Source: a virus (Duplodnaviria > Heunggongvirae > Uroviricota > Caudoviricetes). Taken from it: a stretch of 64,000 nt of DNA. The notes beneath the pieces were generated by a model. It searched no databases and was not told the DNA's origin. It saw only the letters and a program-made list of their open reading frames with translations. Both the position numbers and the translations under genes were made by a program. This document shows, piece by piece, positions 55,213 through 64,000 of the stretch (position 1 is its first letter; each line of letters opens with the position of its first letter). The stretch spans positions 59,219-123,218 of the IMG/VR virus record IMGVR_UViG_3300037851_000461; one strand, 5' to 3'.

Positions 55213-55714
55213 TCAGTTTGACGAACTTCGACACATCATCGTTTTGACCTACCTTAACGACTTCACTGAAACCTTCCGATTCGTCTGGCATCTGAAACGC
55301 CTTGTCCTGCCGGTCAATCACATGACCGGGAACTACACGATTTCTTGCGCTGTTCAAAACTTTTGCCAACTCCGTTGGAGTTGTCATAACATAAGCGCGG
55401 GCTTCAGCACCATTTCGCTGCGCCGCTTTGATGAAAGGTTTACGTGAGCGTTTGTCAACGTTTGTTGCATCTGCCACAACGTTCTTTCCTGCGCGCAACG
55501 CGTGCTCAATTCGCCCCATGAAAATGCCAAATACTTCGTGGTTTCTTGTCTGGTCGCTGGCGTTGCCAGTCAATTCCTGACGAATGTCATCCATGTTGGC
55601 AATGGTCGCTCCCATATAGTCGGCGATCTTCTTTCCCATGGTCGATTTTCCGGAGCCAGAAACTCCGATCATAACGGCTAAAATTGGCTTTTGTGCGGTG
55701 TCGTTCATTGTCAA
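55202..55714 (-). CDS. P-loop kinase (polynucleotide or nucleoside kinase-like)
   Basis: Walker A VMIGVSGSGKST. Confidence 0.6.
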   Translation of the reverse strand: MTMNDTAQKPILAVMIGVSGSGKSTMGKKIADYMGATIANMDDIRQELTGNASDQTRNHEVFGIFMGRIEHALRAGKNVVADATNVDKRSRKPFIKAAQRNGAEARAYVMTTPTELAKVLNSARNRVVPGHVIDRQDKAFQMPDESEGFSEVVKVGQNDDVSKFVKLNDK

Positions 55715-55723
55715 CCCGATAGG

Positions 55724-56101
55724 TTAGAGGTTCTTTTTCTTCTTGTCAAGTTCTTCCTGCTTCTTGAGTTTTTCCTTGGCATCTTCCTTCGGAACAACTT
55801 GCTTATTAGGCTTGTACGACATTTTGAATTTCCAACCCGTGCGGTTGTCTCGTTCATAATAGTAAATGACGCTATCCTCTGGCAATTGCGTCAGATAGCC
55901 ATCTACAAGAGCCTTCGATCCACAAATCATCGGCGTATTCAACTCATAATCGAAAAGAGAGTAGTTGGCAGGGTCGAGTTTGTAGTAAAAGAAAATCTTG
56001 TTGTCTTTGTCGAGTTTCTTTGGGTATGGAGGTGGGCGCATGTCTATAAATATGGAGCAATCCCATGTTTGCCAAAAAAACAACCCGGTGGAGTGAACCA
56101 C
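55724..56101 (-). CDS. hypothetical protein, 125 aa
   Basis: ORF. Confidence 0.35.
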   Translation of the reverse strand: MVHSTGLFFWQTWDCSIFIDMRPPPYPKKLDKDNKIFFYYKLDPANYSLFDYELNTPMICGSKALVDGYLTQLPEDSVIYYYERDNRTGWKFKMSYKPNKQVVPKEDAKEKLKKQEELDKKKKNL

Positions 56102-56132
56102 CGGGTCATTCGAATTGTTTTAGGTCTACGGA

Positions 56133-56525
56133 TTAGACCGATGCTGAAACGACAACCTCAGAAACCGGAGCGACAGTCGTTGTCTCAACCACTGGAGTAG
56201 CAGGAGCATCAACCTTCACAGAAGTCGAAGGCGTCATGAACTCGTCGAGATTCTGACCGCCCATGGCAACTGCTGCATCGCGCTTTTCTTGCGTAACCGG
56301 AGCGGTGGCGTAGACAAGAGCCGGGCGACCGATTTGGCGAGGAATCTTGGCGATTGCCACGACCTTACCATCTTCGACTGCCTTGTTGATACGGAACCGA
56401 AGGGTAATTTCAACCGATTCGGGATGCTGCTTCTTGATATCCGAGACGGTGAAAACTTCGGGGAAATTGATCACCAACTTGGAACGTGTGGAGACCTTAT
56501 CTGTCTTCTTGATTAGTTTTTTCAT
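56133..56525 (-). CDS. hypothetical protein, 130 aa
   Basis: ORF. Confidence 0.4.
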   Translation of the reverse strand: MKKLIKKTDKVSTRSKLVINFPEVFTVSDIKKQHPESVEITLRFRINKAVEDGKVVAIAKIPRQIGRPALVYATAPVTQEKRDAAVAMGGQNLDEFMTPSTSVKVDAPATPVVETTTVAPVSEVVVSASV

Positions 56526-56558
56526 TTAGTATTGTTGTAACCTCGTGTTGATTGTTGA

Positions 56559-57614
56559 TTATACGTCGTATCCCTTGATGCGGTAACCGTTGCGGTAGCC
56601 GCGTGCCCACTTCTTGCTCACGCCCGTAGGCACCGAGTAAGGAATTCCATCGTCGGCATCTTCCATACCGTGAGCACGACCGATGAAGTACGCCTCTTCG
56701 GTTTCGGAATAAGCCTGATCTTCGCCGCGAGTGCGATCATCGGAAGACTCGTCGCTAGACTCGTCATCGTTGACGCCCCAATCGTCATCGCCATCCTCGA
56801 ATTCATCATCAGCATAAGAATCCGGGGTAGCGGGCTTTGCATCGGCGGTGTAAACCGCACGTGAGAGGATGCTGCGAACGTCATCGATTTCGCCGATAAC
56901 TTCGTAACGGCACACACGGAGTTTGGTGCAGTTGTGGTCGCCCGGAACCGACACGGCATCTGCGGGGTTGACCTTGACAATCAGGAGACGATTGCCGCCA
57001 GCGTGAATCTTCTCTTCGCCGAGGTGACCGTAGAACTTGACATATTCGATGGCACCGACATGGAGACCATGCGAACAGTGAGCGTTCTTGTCCTCGTCAA
57101 CCTGATTGCGCGGAATAGAAACCACCTGACCGATCGAATTATCGAACGTGCCAGAATAGATATCCTTGTAGTCGTTCCGTACCGCCTTGTAGGCGAGGAA
57201 GCAACCATCCTGCGTGATGGGGAGAGCGTGGTGCTGGAGGAAGTCGTAAAGTTCGTTGACCGCACGGAACGACGGATTCTGGTGGAGGTTTCCGATGAAG
57301 TTCAACAGGTTGTCGAACTCGAAACCTTCGCGCATCAACTGCTGGATGCGGGTCGTGATGGTGTTGTGAAGCGGCTTGCCCTGATAGTAAATCATGCCGT
57401 TCTCAACCTTGACGTCCGGGTGGGTGGCGAGATAACTCTTGAGCGGCTTCGCCAAATCCATGAGCGTGTCGAGAAGGTGCCACGCCTTATTGCGAAGAGC
57501 CTCCTTGATGCGATTGAAGTTCGGGTGAGTCGAACGAACGGGTGGGTAAAGCACGCCGTTGAAGTAAACGGAGATACTATCTTCCGTGATGGCAAACGTG
57601 GGTGTCGTATTCAT
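56559..57614 (-). CDS. rIIB: rIIB-like protein
   Basis: Immediately downstream of rIIA; 351 aa with acidic C-terminus. Confidence 0.5.
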   Translation of the reverse strand: MNTTPTFAITEDSISVYFNGVLYPPVRSTHPNFNRIKEALRNKAWHLLDTLMDLAKPLKSYLATHPDVKVENGMIYYQGKPLHNTITTRIQQLMREGFEFDNLLNFIGNLHQNPSFRAVNELYDFLQHHALPITQDGCFLAYKAVRNDYKDIYSGTFDNSIGQVVSIPRNQVDEDKNAHCSHGLHVGAIEYVKFYGHLGEEKIHAGGNRLLIVKVNPADAVSVPGDHNCTKLRVCRYEVIGEIDDVRSILSRAVYTADAKPATPDSYADDEFEDGDDDWGVNDDESSDESSDDRTRGEDQAYSETEEAYFIGRAHGMEDADDGIPYSVPTGVSKKWARGYRNGYRIKGYDV

Positions 57615-57672
57615 TGGTGATATATTGGATGGTTATTTTGGATTTGTCAATCGTTATTTTGAGGCACTTACT

Positions 57673-59841
57673 TTATTTATTGGCAAGTGCGAACTTCGCG
57701 TTGATGTAAGCGGCAAGTTCCGCTGCAACAACCTTGGGAGCAAGGTTTTCCATCGAGGTCTGCAAGACGGCGATCAAGGGATAAGTCGCCATGATGCGCT
57801 TGTATTCCACGAGGATCGCGTTGTCGGGAGACACCGGAGCGAGCGTCGGAACCTTGATATCAAGCAAACGGCACAGGTCGCTATCGATACCAGTGTAGTG
57901 CTTGTTAACATAATCGTAGTCGGTCTTGAGAGCGTCAAGCGCCTTGATGTAATTCTCAATCGACTTGTCGTTGATCTTGGAAAGCACATCAGCGAGAGCG
58001 TTTGAGCGGGTGTCGAGACGATTCGCCGAGTTGTAGAGGCGAGAATTTTCAATCCGCGCCTTATCCCACTTGGCGTAGTGAGCCGCGATCTTTTCCTTGG
58101 CGAACTCGTAGATACTGATCCAGTTCTTGCGCTTCTCGGGCAACTTCGACGTATAGAGCACACGATGAACCGCAGGCATCTTGACATTGATGGCTTCAAG
58201 AGCCGTCTTGATCTGCATCAGAATGTCGAAGTTGTAACTGCTACCGTTCGTGGTATCCTTCGGACCACACGGACTGAAGCCTTCACAGAGAACATAATAA
58301 TGCTTGCCCGCCTTCGGATCGACTTCCTCATCGTTCCAATTGTAGGTGACACGGTAGGAGCGGTGGCGACCATTCCAAACCTTCGACTTGAGCATACCGT
58401 TGCCCTTCGCACGCTGAACCGTGCGCTTCGGGGGCTTGGGCAGGCTGGAAGCCAACTGAATCTGCGTCGGAAGAATGCCGGTCCACTTGATGAACTTCTC
58501 TTCGAGAGAGTCGAACGTCTCGGTGACGGTAGCCTTATCGTTGTGCAACTTCACGCGGTCCGGGTTGTGCGGTCCGACAAGAACGATAATGTCGTTTCGG
58601 TTGGTGAGGAGGTGCTGACGGAAACGGGCCCGGGCACCACGGTCGAGGTCGTTACGGAAGAACTTGACCTTCTTCGACGAGCACTCAATGGAATTGTGCT
58701 CACGGATGCGAATGGTATTCTCACCACGGGCGGTGTAGACCGTCCAGTTCACACCGAGATTCATCAGTTCGCGATTGTAGATGGAATCCTGAGAAACGTC
58801 TTCGCCATTGAAGGTGAGATTCGTGCCGGAAATGAGGCTACGGATGCGGTAGCCGTTGAGCGTGCCACCACCGAGGTTCTCGTGATAGAAGCAACGAGCC
58901 TCCCACAAGGTCTTGCAATCCTTGAACTTCTCCTGAACCTGCTGGCGGATTTCGTCGGCAGCGGTCTTCAACTTCGCCTTGATGGCTGCAACGGTATCGT
59001 TATCGTACTGAAGTTCCTCGCGAGACACGGAAGGTGAAACTTCGCCAATCTCGAAATAAAGGTCGAGACCGGTGCCGAGCAATTCCCTCTCGCGATGATC
59101 GAGACCGTGCATCTTGTAGGCATTCATCGGGTATTCGATGTTGCCCATGACAGCGAAACACTGACGGTCGTCTTCACGGATCGCCCAATTGGTGCCCTTC
59201 ATGAAGTACTCGGTCTTCTCCCACTTGAATTCAGCCGTGCCGACAATCTTCGGCTTGACGGTGAAGCGAGAATAGACACGCTGCGCGGTGTGGATGAACT
59301 TGCTGAAATCTTCCGGCTTGACGGCGAAGGAAACTTCGAGACCGTTCGGAGCGTCGGTGTCTTCCTCGGCGAACTTGGCAATGCACGGCTCACCGTTTTC
59401 GAGGTAAGCGGTGTAGATGTACTTCTTGCCGTTTTGGTAAGAAATCACCGTGAAGGAGTCGGAATAGCAGAAAGGCGTCTTGGAGCCGAGACCGTAGCCA
59501 CCGATCTTGTCAGCCTTCTCGGCGGAAGGGCTCTCGAAGTAAACGGTGTAAACGTCTTCGACCATCTTCTCAGAAAGACCGGTGCCGAAGTCGCGGATGC
59601 TGACATACGGTTCGAGGTTGTTCGGAAGGTGAACGATGAACGGCTGGTCAATCGTGCCTGCCTCCATCTGCGCGTCGATGGCATTGGTGCCCAACTCACG
59701 GAGAGGAGCGGCAACCGGATCGGGATAAAGCGTGCTGGAAAGGATGCGGAACGCCTTGGCAGAAGCCTTGATGCGGAACTTGATTTCCTTACCAATGGCA
59801 GACTTTTCGACGGGCTTGGAGGTAACTTCGCGGATGAGCAT
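57673..59841 (-). CDS. rIIA: rIIA-like protein with GHKL ATPase domain
   Basis: N-box PLRELGTNAIDA, G1 box DFGTGLS, G2 box GGYGLGSK; 722 aa. Confidence 0.7.
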   Translation of the reverse strand: MLIREVTSKPVEKSAIGKEIKFRIKASAKAFRILSSTLYPDPVAAPLRELGTNAIDAQMEAGTIDQPFIVHLPNNLEPYVSIRDFGTGLSEKMVEDVYTVYFESPSAEKADKIGGYGLGSKTPFCYSDSFTVISYQNGKKYIYTAYLENGEPCIAKFAEEDTDAPNGLEVSFAVKPEDFSKFIHTAQRVYSRFTVKPKIVGTAEFKWEKTEYFMKGTNWAIREDDRQCFAVMGNIEYPMNAYKMHGLDHRERELLGTGLDLYFEIGEVSPSVSREELQYDNDTVAAIKAKLKTAADEIRQQVQEKFKDCKTLWEARCFYHENLGGGTLNGYRIRSLISGTNLTFNGEDVSQDSIYNRELMNLGVNWTVYTARGENTIRIREHNSIECSSKKVKFFRNDLDRGARARFRQHLLTNRNDIIVLVGPHNPDRVKLHNDKATVTETFDSLEEKFIKWTGILPTQIQLASSLPKPPKRTVQRAKGNGMLKSKVWNGRHRSYRVTYNWNDEEVDPKAGKHYYVLCEGFSPCGPKDTTNGSSYNFDILMQIKTALEAINVKMPAVHRVLYTSKLPEKRKNWISIYEFAKEKIAAHYAKWDKARIENSRLYNSANRLDTRSNALADVLSKINDKSIENYIKALDALKTDYDYVNKHYTGIDSDLCRLLDIKVPTLAPVSPDNAILVEYKRIMATYPLIAVLQTSMENLAPKVVAAELAAYINAKFALANK

Positions 59842-59939
59842 GTTTCGTGTGTTTGTGAGTGGTTGTTGATTAACTTAACGACACTGACTATAATAACCGT
59901 TTGAAGAAAGTCAAGCCTTTCGAGCAACTTTCTTTAGTT

Positions 59940-62093
59940 TTATGTCTTTTTCAGGAACCGCTGGTTCATCTCCTTCGCAACCTCTACCATGTCAGTAGGA
60001 TTGATCATAATCCCAGCCTTGCCATACATGATTGTAAAAAGGTTCTTCACTTCCTCGATTTTTACAACTGCGCCCGGCGTGTTGATAAAATAACTCATGA
60101 TTTCCACGCCCATATGCGCCATTTTGCGAACTTGTTTGGCGGTGTGCTTTGCAGCAGATTCGCCCATGTAAAGTTCGTTCTTCAAAATATTAGCGAACTC
60201 GGGGATTCCATCGGAGAAGTTAAGAAAGAATACCCTGCGGTCAGGGGTGACCGGAGGAAGCATCTTTGCAATGGCATGGAAGGTGAGACCTTCCGGAGTG
60301 CTACCGTTAGGCAAAACTCGGGAGAAAACGCTCTGAATCTTGGTGAACTTATCCCGGCGAGAGTCGTAGGCAATCGCGACGTAGGGAAGGTTGGTACCAG
60401 TTCTTAAAGAAACTACAACTTCGATGTTCGGAATCATGGCAGCGGCTTTGCAAATGGCGATGACAGAAGTGATCGTTTCCGCCCACTTCGGACCATACTG
60501 CATCGAACCACTGCTATCAATGGAAATGTGAAGGTGGATATTGTCATACTTGTCTTCATCCACGTGGAAGAAGACCTTCTCGTTCCCATGACCCAATTCG
60601 TTGATAAGTCGCCCGTCGATCTTTCCCTTATCCCGGCGTGAAGTTTTCAAGACCTTGGTTTCACCACGCATCTTGAGTTTGCGGGAAAGAGCCTGACCGA
60701 GACGAATTCCACGAGCGATGGCATCGTTCCGAGTATCGCTTGGAATCAACGTGTCGAAGTGACCCTTGAAAGGTGTGGTGTTAGAATCAAGAAGTTCCGG
60801 TGTTAGATTGTGGATAACGACACACTCACAACTGGAAATCGTAACGTCATCGATTGTCTCGGGAATGCTAAGTTCAATCTCGGTCTCCGAATCTTCAATG
60901 TGTTGGAGGATTGATGAATCTTCCTTGGAAAGTTTTCCCTTCTGGAACTTACCTTCAAGAAAGTTCTTCTGCTTTTCGAGAGTTGATTTAATATCCTCGT
61001 GAGCGTCTTCTTCACCTTTCTTATCGGATTTGCAAAGTTCGTCTTCCTTATCTTCCTGAGAAGAAGCAAAATCGCCCGGATCGGAAGCCTTGTCCGCTTC
61101 GGAGTTTTCGCCGCCGAGGAAATCCTCTTCCTGAGTGTCGTCTTTGGTCTTTCCACCCGCTGCCGGATCGTCTCCCTCTTCCTTGGAATTGTCGTCGGGC
61201 TTGCTGTTGGATTTGGAGTCATTACCTTCGGTCTCGTCACCTTCACCGGATTCCCCCTCATCGGATTCTGTAGAGTTTTCCGAGGTCTTGTTCTTTGCTG
61301 GGCTTACATCGGGCTTACCCTTGCGCTTCTTTTCTTTACTTGCCTCATCGACGGGAAGGAGGTTGTCAGCAACAATGCTCACAACCTGCATAGCCACAGC
61401 CAATCGATCCGAGGGTTTTTCCAGACGGAGAATGCAATCCAAATCCACAACTTCGAGAATATCACGAAGACCGGGAAGAGCATCCAAATCACTATGAGCG
61501 TTGGTCAGATTAATAACGCGAAACTCGTAGCACGGAAGAACCTGCGCACGGTAAGCCATGGAAGCGACGCCGATGGAGACCTTTTCAGAGTGCCAGTATT
61601 TGTTATACATGGCGTCATAGTATCCCTGATAACCGGGTGCCTCGTTGTAGGTCCACGCGTCGATGAAACGATCCTCAACCCAATTGAGCATATCACCAGC
61701 GAACTTGGCAAATCGTGCATGTTCAATGCCAGCAGCCTTCGCTTTGTTGACAGCCGTTCCGGGAACCCTGCCCCAAATGGTTTTCTTTAGATCGAAGTCG
61801 CTCTTGACGCAATGAGATGCCTCGTGAAGAGCAACACCGACCGTTGCATCAAACTCTCCCTTGGAAAGTTCGGTGCCGATGATGATTTGTTCGCCATCCG
61901 TGCACGATTTGTCGGTGCCGTCATAGAAGTGAACCGGGATACTCTTCCGGGTAAGAATGCACACGAAGTTGGATACTGCCTTTCGACATTTCGAGAGGTA
62001 GACCAAGTACTCGTGCTTTGACATTTGACTCACATCCCGAACTTCAGGAGTAAGCCAAAAATCAGAGTGCTTTCTTTTGGAAACGATAGCCAT
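59940..62093 (-). CDS. vWA-domain protein (cobaltochelatase CobT-like) with long acidic linker
   Basis: C-terminal MIDAS motif HISIDSSGSM; 717 aa. Confidence 0.6.
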   Translation of the reverse strand: MAIVSKRKHSDFWLTPEVRDVSQMSKHEYLVYLSKCRKAVSNFVCILTRKSIPVHFYDGTDKSCTDGEQIIIGTELSKGEFDATVGVALHEASHCVKSDFDLKKTIWGRVPGTAVNKAKAAGIEHARFAKFAGDMLNWVEDRFIDAWTYNEAPGYQGYYDAMYNKYWHSEKVSIGVASMAYRAQVLPCYEFRVINLTNAHSDLDALPGLRDILEVVDLDCILRLEKPSDRLAVAMQVVSIVADNLLPVDEASKEKKRKGKPDVSPAKNKTSENSTESDEGESGEGDETEGNDSKSNSKPDDNSKEEGDDPAAGGKTKDDTQEEDFLGGENSEADKASDPGDFASSQEDKEDELCKSDKKGEEDAHEDIKSTLEKQKNFLEGKFQKGKLSKEDSSILQHIEDSETEIELSIPETIDDVTISSCECVVIHNLTPELLDSNTTPFKGHFDTLIPSDTRNDAIARGIRLGQALSRKLKMRGETKVLKTSRRDKGKIDGRLINELGHGNEKVFFHVDEDKYDNIHLHISIDSSGSMQYGPKWAETITSVIAICKAAAMIPNIEVVVSLRTGTNLPYVAIAYDSRRDKFTKIQSVFSRVLPNGSTPEGLTFHAIAKMLPPVTPDRRVFFLNFSDGIPEFANILKNELYMGESAAKHTAKQVRKMAHMGVEIMSYFINTPGAVVKIEEVKNLFTIMYGKAGIMINPTDMVEVAKEMNQRFLKKT

Positions 62094-62095
62094 GA

Positions 62096-63055
62096 TCAGT
62101 ACGGAGGCTGATTCTTGCTTGGAGCGGAGAAGGGTTGCTTCTTTGTGGTACCACCGGTAGTACCGGTGTATTTCTGCACCAATTGCTTGACGTAGGTTCG
62201 CTCGGACTCGTTGCCGCCATCCGGAGAATAGTTCGGGTAAACAATTGCCTCGGCAATTTCGGTAAGGTCAAATCCATCGTAGGCAAGCGACGCCATTTCC
62301 ACGCCAAGGCGAGTCGAGAGCCCGGTAGAGATACGAGCACCATCCATCTTGGCATGAACGCGAGTATCCGATGTAATCTTTGAAATGTGCTCAAGCATCT
62401 TCTTCTCGACGCCCGGAAACTTCAACGAAAGGAGGGCATACTCCTGTTCCTGAGTGAGAATGTCTGACTCGATCTTGACGGGAAAGCGATTCAAGAGAGC
62501 GGCATCCATCGTGCGAGTAGAGGTGTATTCCACACCAACGTTGGCAGTTCCGATGAAGCAGACGCCATCAGCAACGCGAACCGTTTCGGAACCTTCCTTT
62601 TCATCCAGACGAACATAACGCTGGAGAGGGTCGAGAACGGAAAGTAAAATATTCCAGCCGTCCGGGTGGCATCGGCTAACCTCGTCGAGAAGAATGACAG
62701 CACCCGGAGTGCGAATGGCACGGATGAATTCAGATTCACCAAAGAGTGTGCCGGTATCCTTCTTGAAGTGGGTATTACCAATGAGAGAAGACCGAGGGTC
62801 TTGCATAGCACCGAGAGAAAAGGGGAAGAAGACGTTCTCTTTACCAAGAACGCGCATGACAGTCTGAGCAGCCAAGGTCTTTCCAGAGCCAGTATCGCCG
62901 AGGAGGAGGATGTTCAAACCGCGCAGAGCCGAGCGTACCAAATACTTCCACTTCAACTCCGTCATAACGAAGTCAGCGGGCTTCAGTTTGTAGCAATCGT
63001 GAACGAAGGTGACGATTTCATCGTGGTTTGTTGGAAGTTTGGGCTTTGAACTCAT
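62096..63055 (-). CDS. MoxR/CobS-like AAA+ ATPase
   Basis: Walker A LLLGDTGSGKTLAAQTV; 319 aa. Confidence 0.75.
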   Translation of the reverse strand: MSSKPKLPTNHDEIVTFVHDCYKLKPADFVMTELKWKYLVRSALRGLNILLLGDTGSGKTLAAQTVMRVLGKENVFFPFSLGAMQDPRSSLIGNTHFKKDTGTLFGESEFIRAIRTPGAVILLDEVSRCHPDGWNILLSVLDPLQRYVRLDEKEGSETVRVADGVCFIGTANVGVEYTSTRTMDAALLNRFPVKIESDILTQEQEYALLSLKFPGVEKKMLEHISKITSDTRVHAKMDGARISTGLSTRLGVEMASLAYDGFDLTEIAEAIVYPNYSPDGGNESERTYVKQLVQKYTGTTGGTTKKQPFSAPSKNQPPY

Positions 63056-63124
63056 GCATCCAACATAGACCTTCGTTAGAAAAAGTCAATACCCAATACG
63101 AAAATAGTTGCAAACCATTGGTGT

Positions 63125-64000
63125 TTAGTATGTAAGGTATCTAACAATGATGATTCCAGAACCACCATCTCCACCTTTTCCGGTAGTTCCTGTGGATTCT
63201 CCACCACCACCGCCACCACCGCCGCCTGTATTGGGGAGACCGTTTGCACCATTTACGCCATCGCCACCATTTCCACCACCACCAAGCCCGCCGGTACCGG
63301 GTGTGTATGCCGATGAATATCCACCACCTCCACCACCACCAGCGAAGTAGGTTGGAGTGCCTGTAATACTGGTAAGGTATCCATTGGCTCCATTTCCGGC
63401 GACAAGGTTTGAAGCATCACCACCATTGGCACTTATCGATCCACCTCCACCACCGACATATCCGGTTCCGCCCGGATCACGATCTGTGTATCCGTATCCA
63501 CCAATACCCGCACCAAACGTCGATCCACCACGAAGAAGAAGAGCGGTTCCTGCCGAATTCAACTTGCCTCCTGCACCACCACCGGTACCTCCGGTTTGTC
63601 CCGATTGTAGTCCTCCACCTCCACCTCCACCTCCGTGTACGTTGTAAATGCTGTATATCGAATTTCCACCGTTGGCTCCCGTGTTCTGCTGGGAACCGGC
63701 ACCACCGAGACCGACCGTGAATGAGTGTGTGGCAACTGACATTGCAAGGTTTGAATTGTACCAAACGGCACCGGCACCACCTCCACCACCGTATCTTCCA
63801 CCACCACCTCCACCTCCACCAACGATGAGCATTTCAACATTCATTGGAATGTTTACGATGAAATTTCCACTTGTTGTGAATGTGTGGATAGTGTATGCGC
63901 CCGAGCGAGAAACCGTGCCTCCAGATGCTTTGTTTGGAGGGGTGAAGTTCGGGGTTCGAATCGATTTTGCGGAAATGATCTTACTGAGTGTTACCTTCAT
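63125..64000 (-). CDS. glycine-rich fibre-like protein whose 5' end lies beyond the window
   Basis: Poly-Gly runs in the visible C-terminal 291 aa. Confidence 0.55.
   Translation of the reverse strand: MKVTLSKIISAKSIRTPNFTPPNKASGGTVSRSGAYTIHTFTTSGNFIVNIPMNVEMLIVGGGGGGGGRYGGGGGAGAVWYNSNLAMSVATHSFTVGLGGAGSQQNTGANGGNSIYSIYNVHGGGGGGGGLQSGQTGGTGGGAGGKLNSAGTALLLRGGSTFGAGIGGYGYTDRDPGGTGYVGGGGGSISANGGDASNLVAGNGANGYLTSITGTPTYFAGGGGGGGYSSAYTPGTGGLGGGGNGGDGVNGANGLPNTGGGGGGGGGESTGTTGKGGDGGSGIIIVRYLTY

Noticed and set aside
63125-64000. CRISPR-like or tandem DNA repeats in the glycine-rich region.
   Set aside because: The repetition is at the protein level (GGN codons, poly-Gly fibre), not direct DNA repeats with spacers.

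Overview
This window is a 64-kb stretch of a large lytic, T4-like phage genome; genes are almost all on the minus strand and most starts lack a clear Shine-Dalgarno, with several TTG/GTG starts. Bases 186-13857 form a very large tRNA array of about 55-65 tRNA genes and tRNA-like elements. Nearly all are on the minus strand, most encode CCA, and three HNH homing endonucleases sit among them. Many anticodons occur twice, and one subset has non-canonical T-loops, class-I versus class-II scaffolds that do not match the anticodon, or anticodon loops of 6 or 8 nt. A 640-nt non-coding region (13858-14500) follows. Then comes a minus-strand block rich in NAD, ADP-ribose and nucleotide metabolism genes: a GS-like amidoligase, a HicB-like protein, NADAR, HAD phosphatases, a SAM methyltransferase, a MazG-like protein, a small class-II aaRS-like core, a ligase-family nucleotidyltransferase, NAMPT (NadV), NMNAT-Nudix (NatV), an outer-membrane beta-barrel protein, a histidine phosphatase, a frameshifted PP-loop (QueC-like) gene and a macro domain. 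Further on are a DNA ligase, three tandem beta-helix fibre/depolymerase paralogs, a metallophosphoesterase, an SPFH lipoprotein with an NfeD-like partner, an RNA ligase, a small plus-strand island (SNase-like nuclease plus a fibre-like protein flanked by terminators), and Nudix. The T4-like replication core follows: clamp loader, sliding clamp, a DprA-like Rossmann protein and DNA polymerase B, followed by glycosyltransferases, a P-loop kinase and the rIIB/rIIA pair. The window ends with a vWA/CobT-like plus MoxR/CobS-like AAA pair and a glycine-rich fibre whose 5' end lies beyond the window. Every functional call comes from motifs read in the ORF translations, with no database search.
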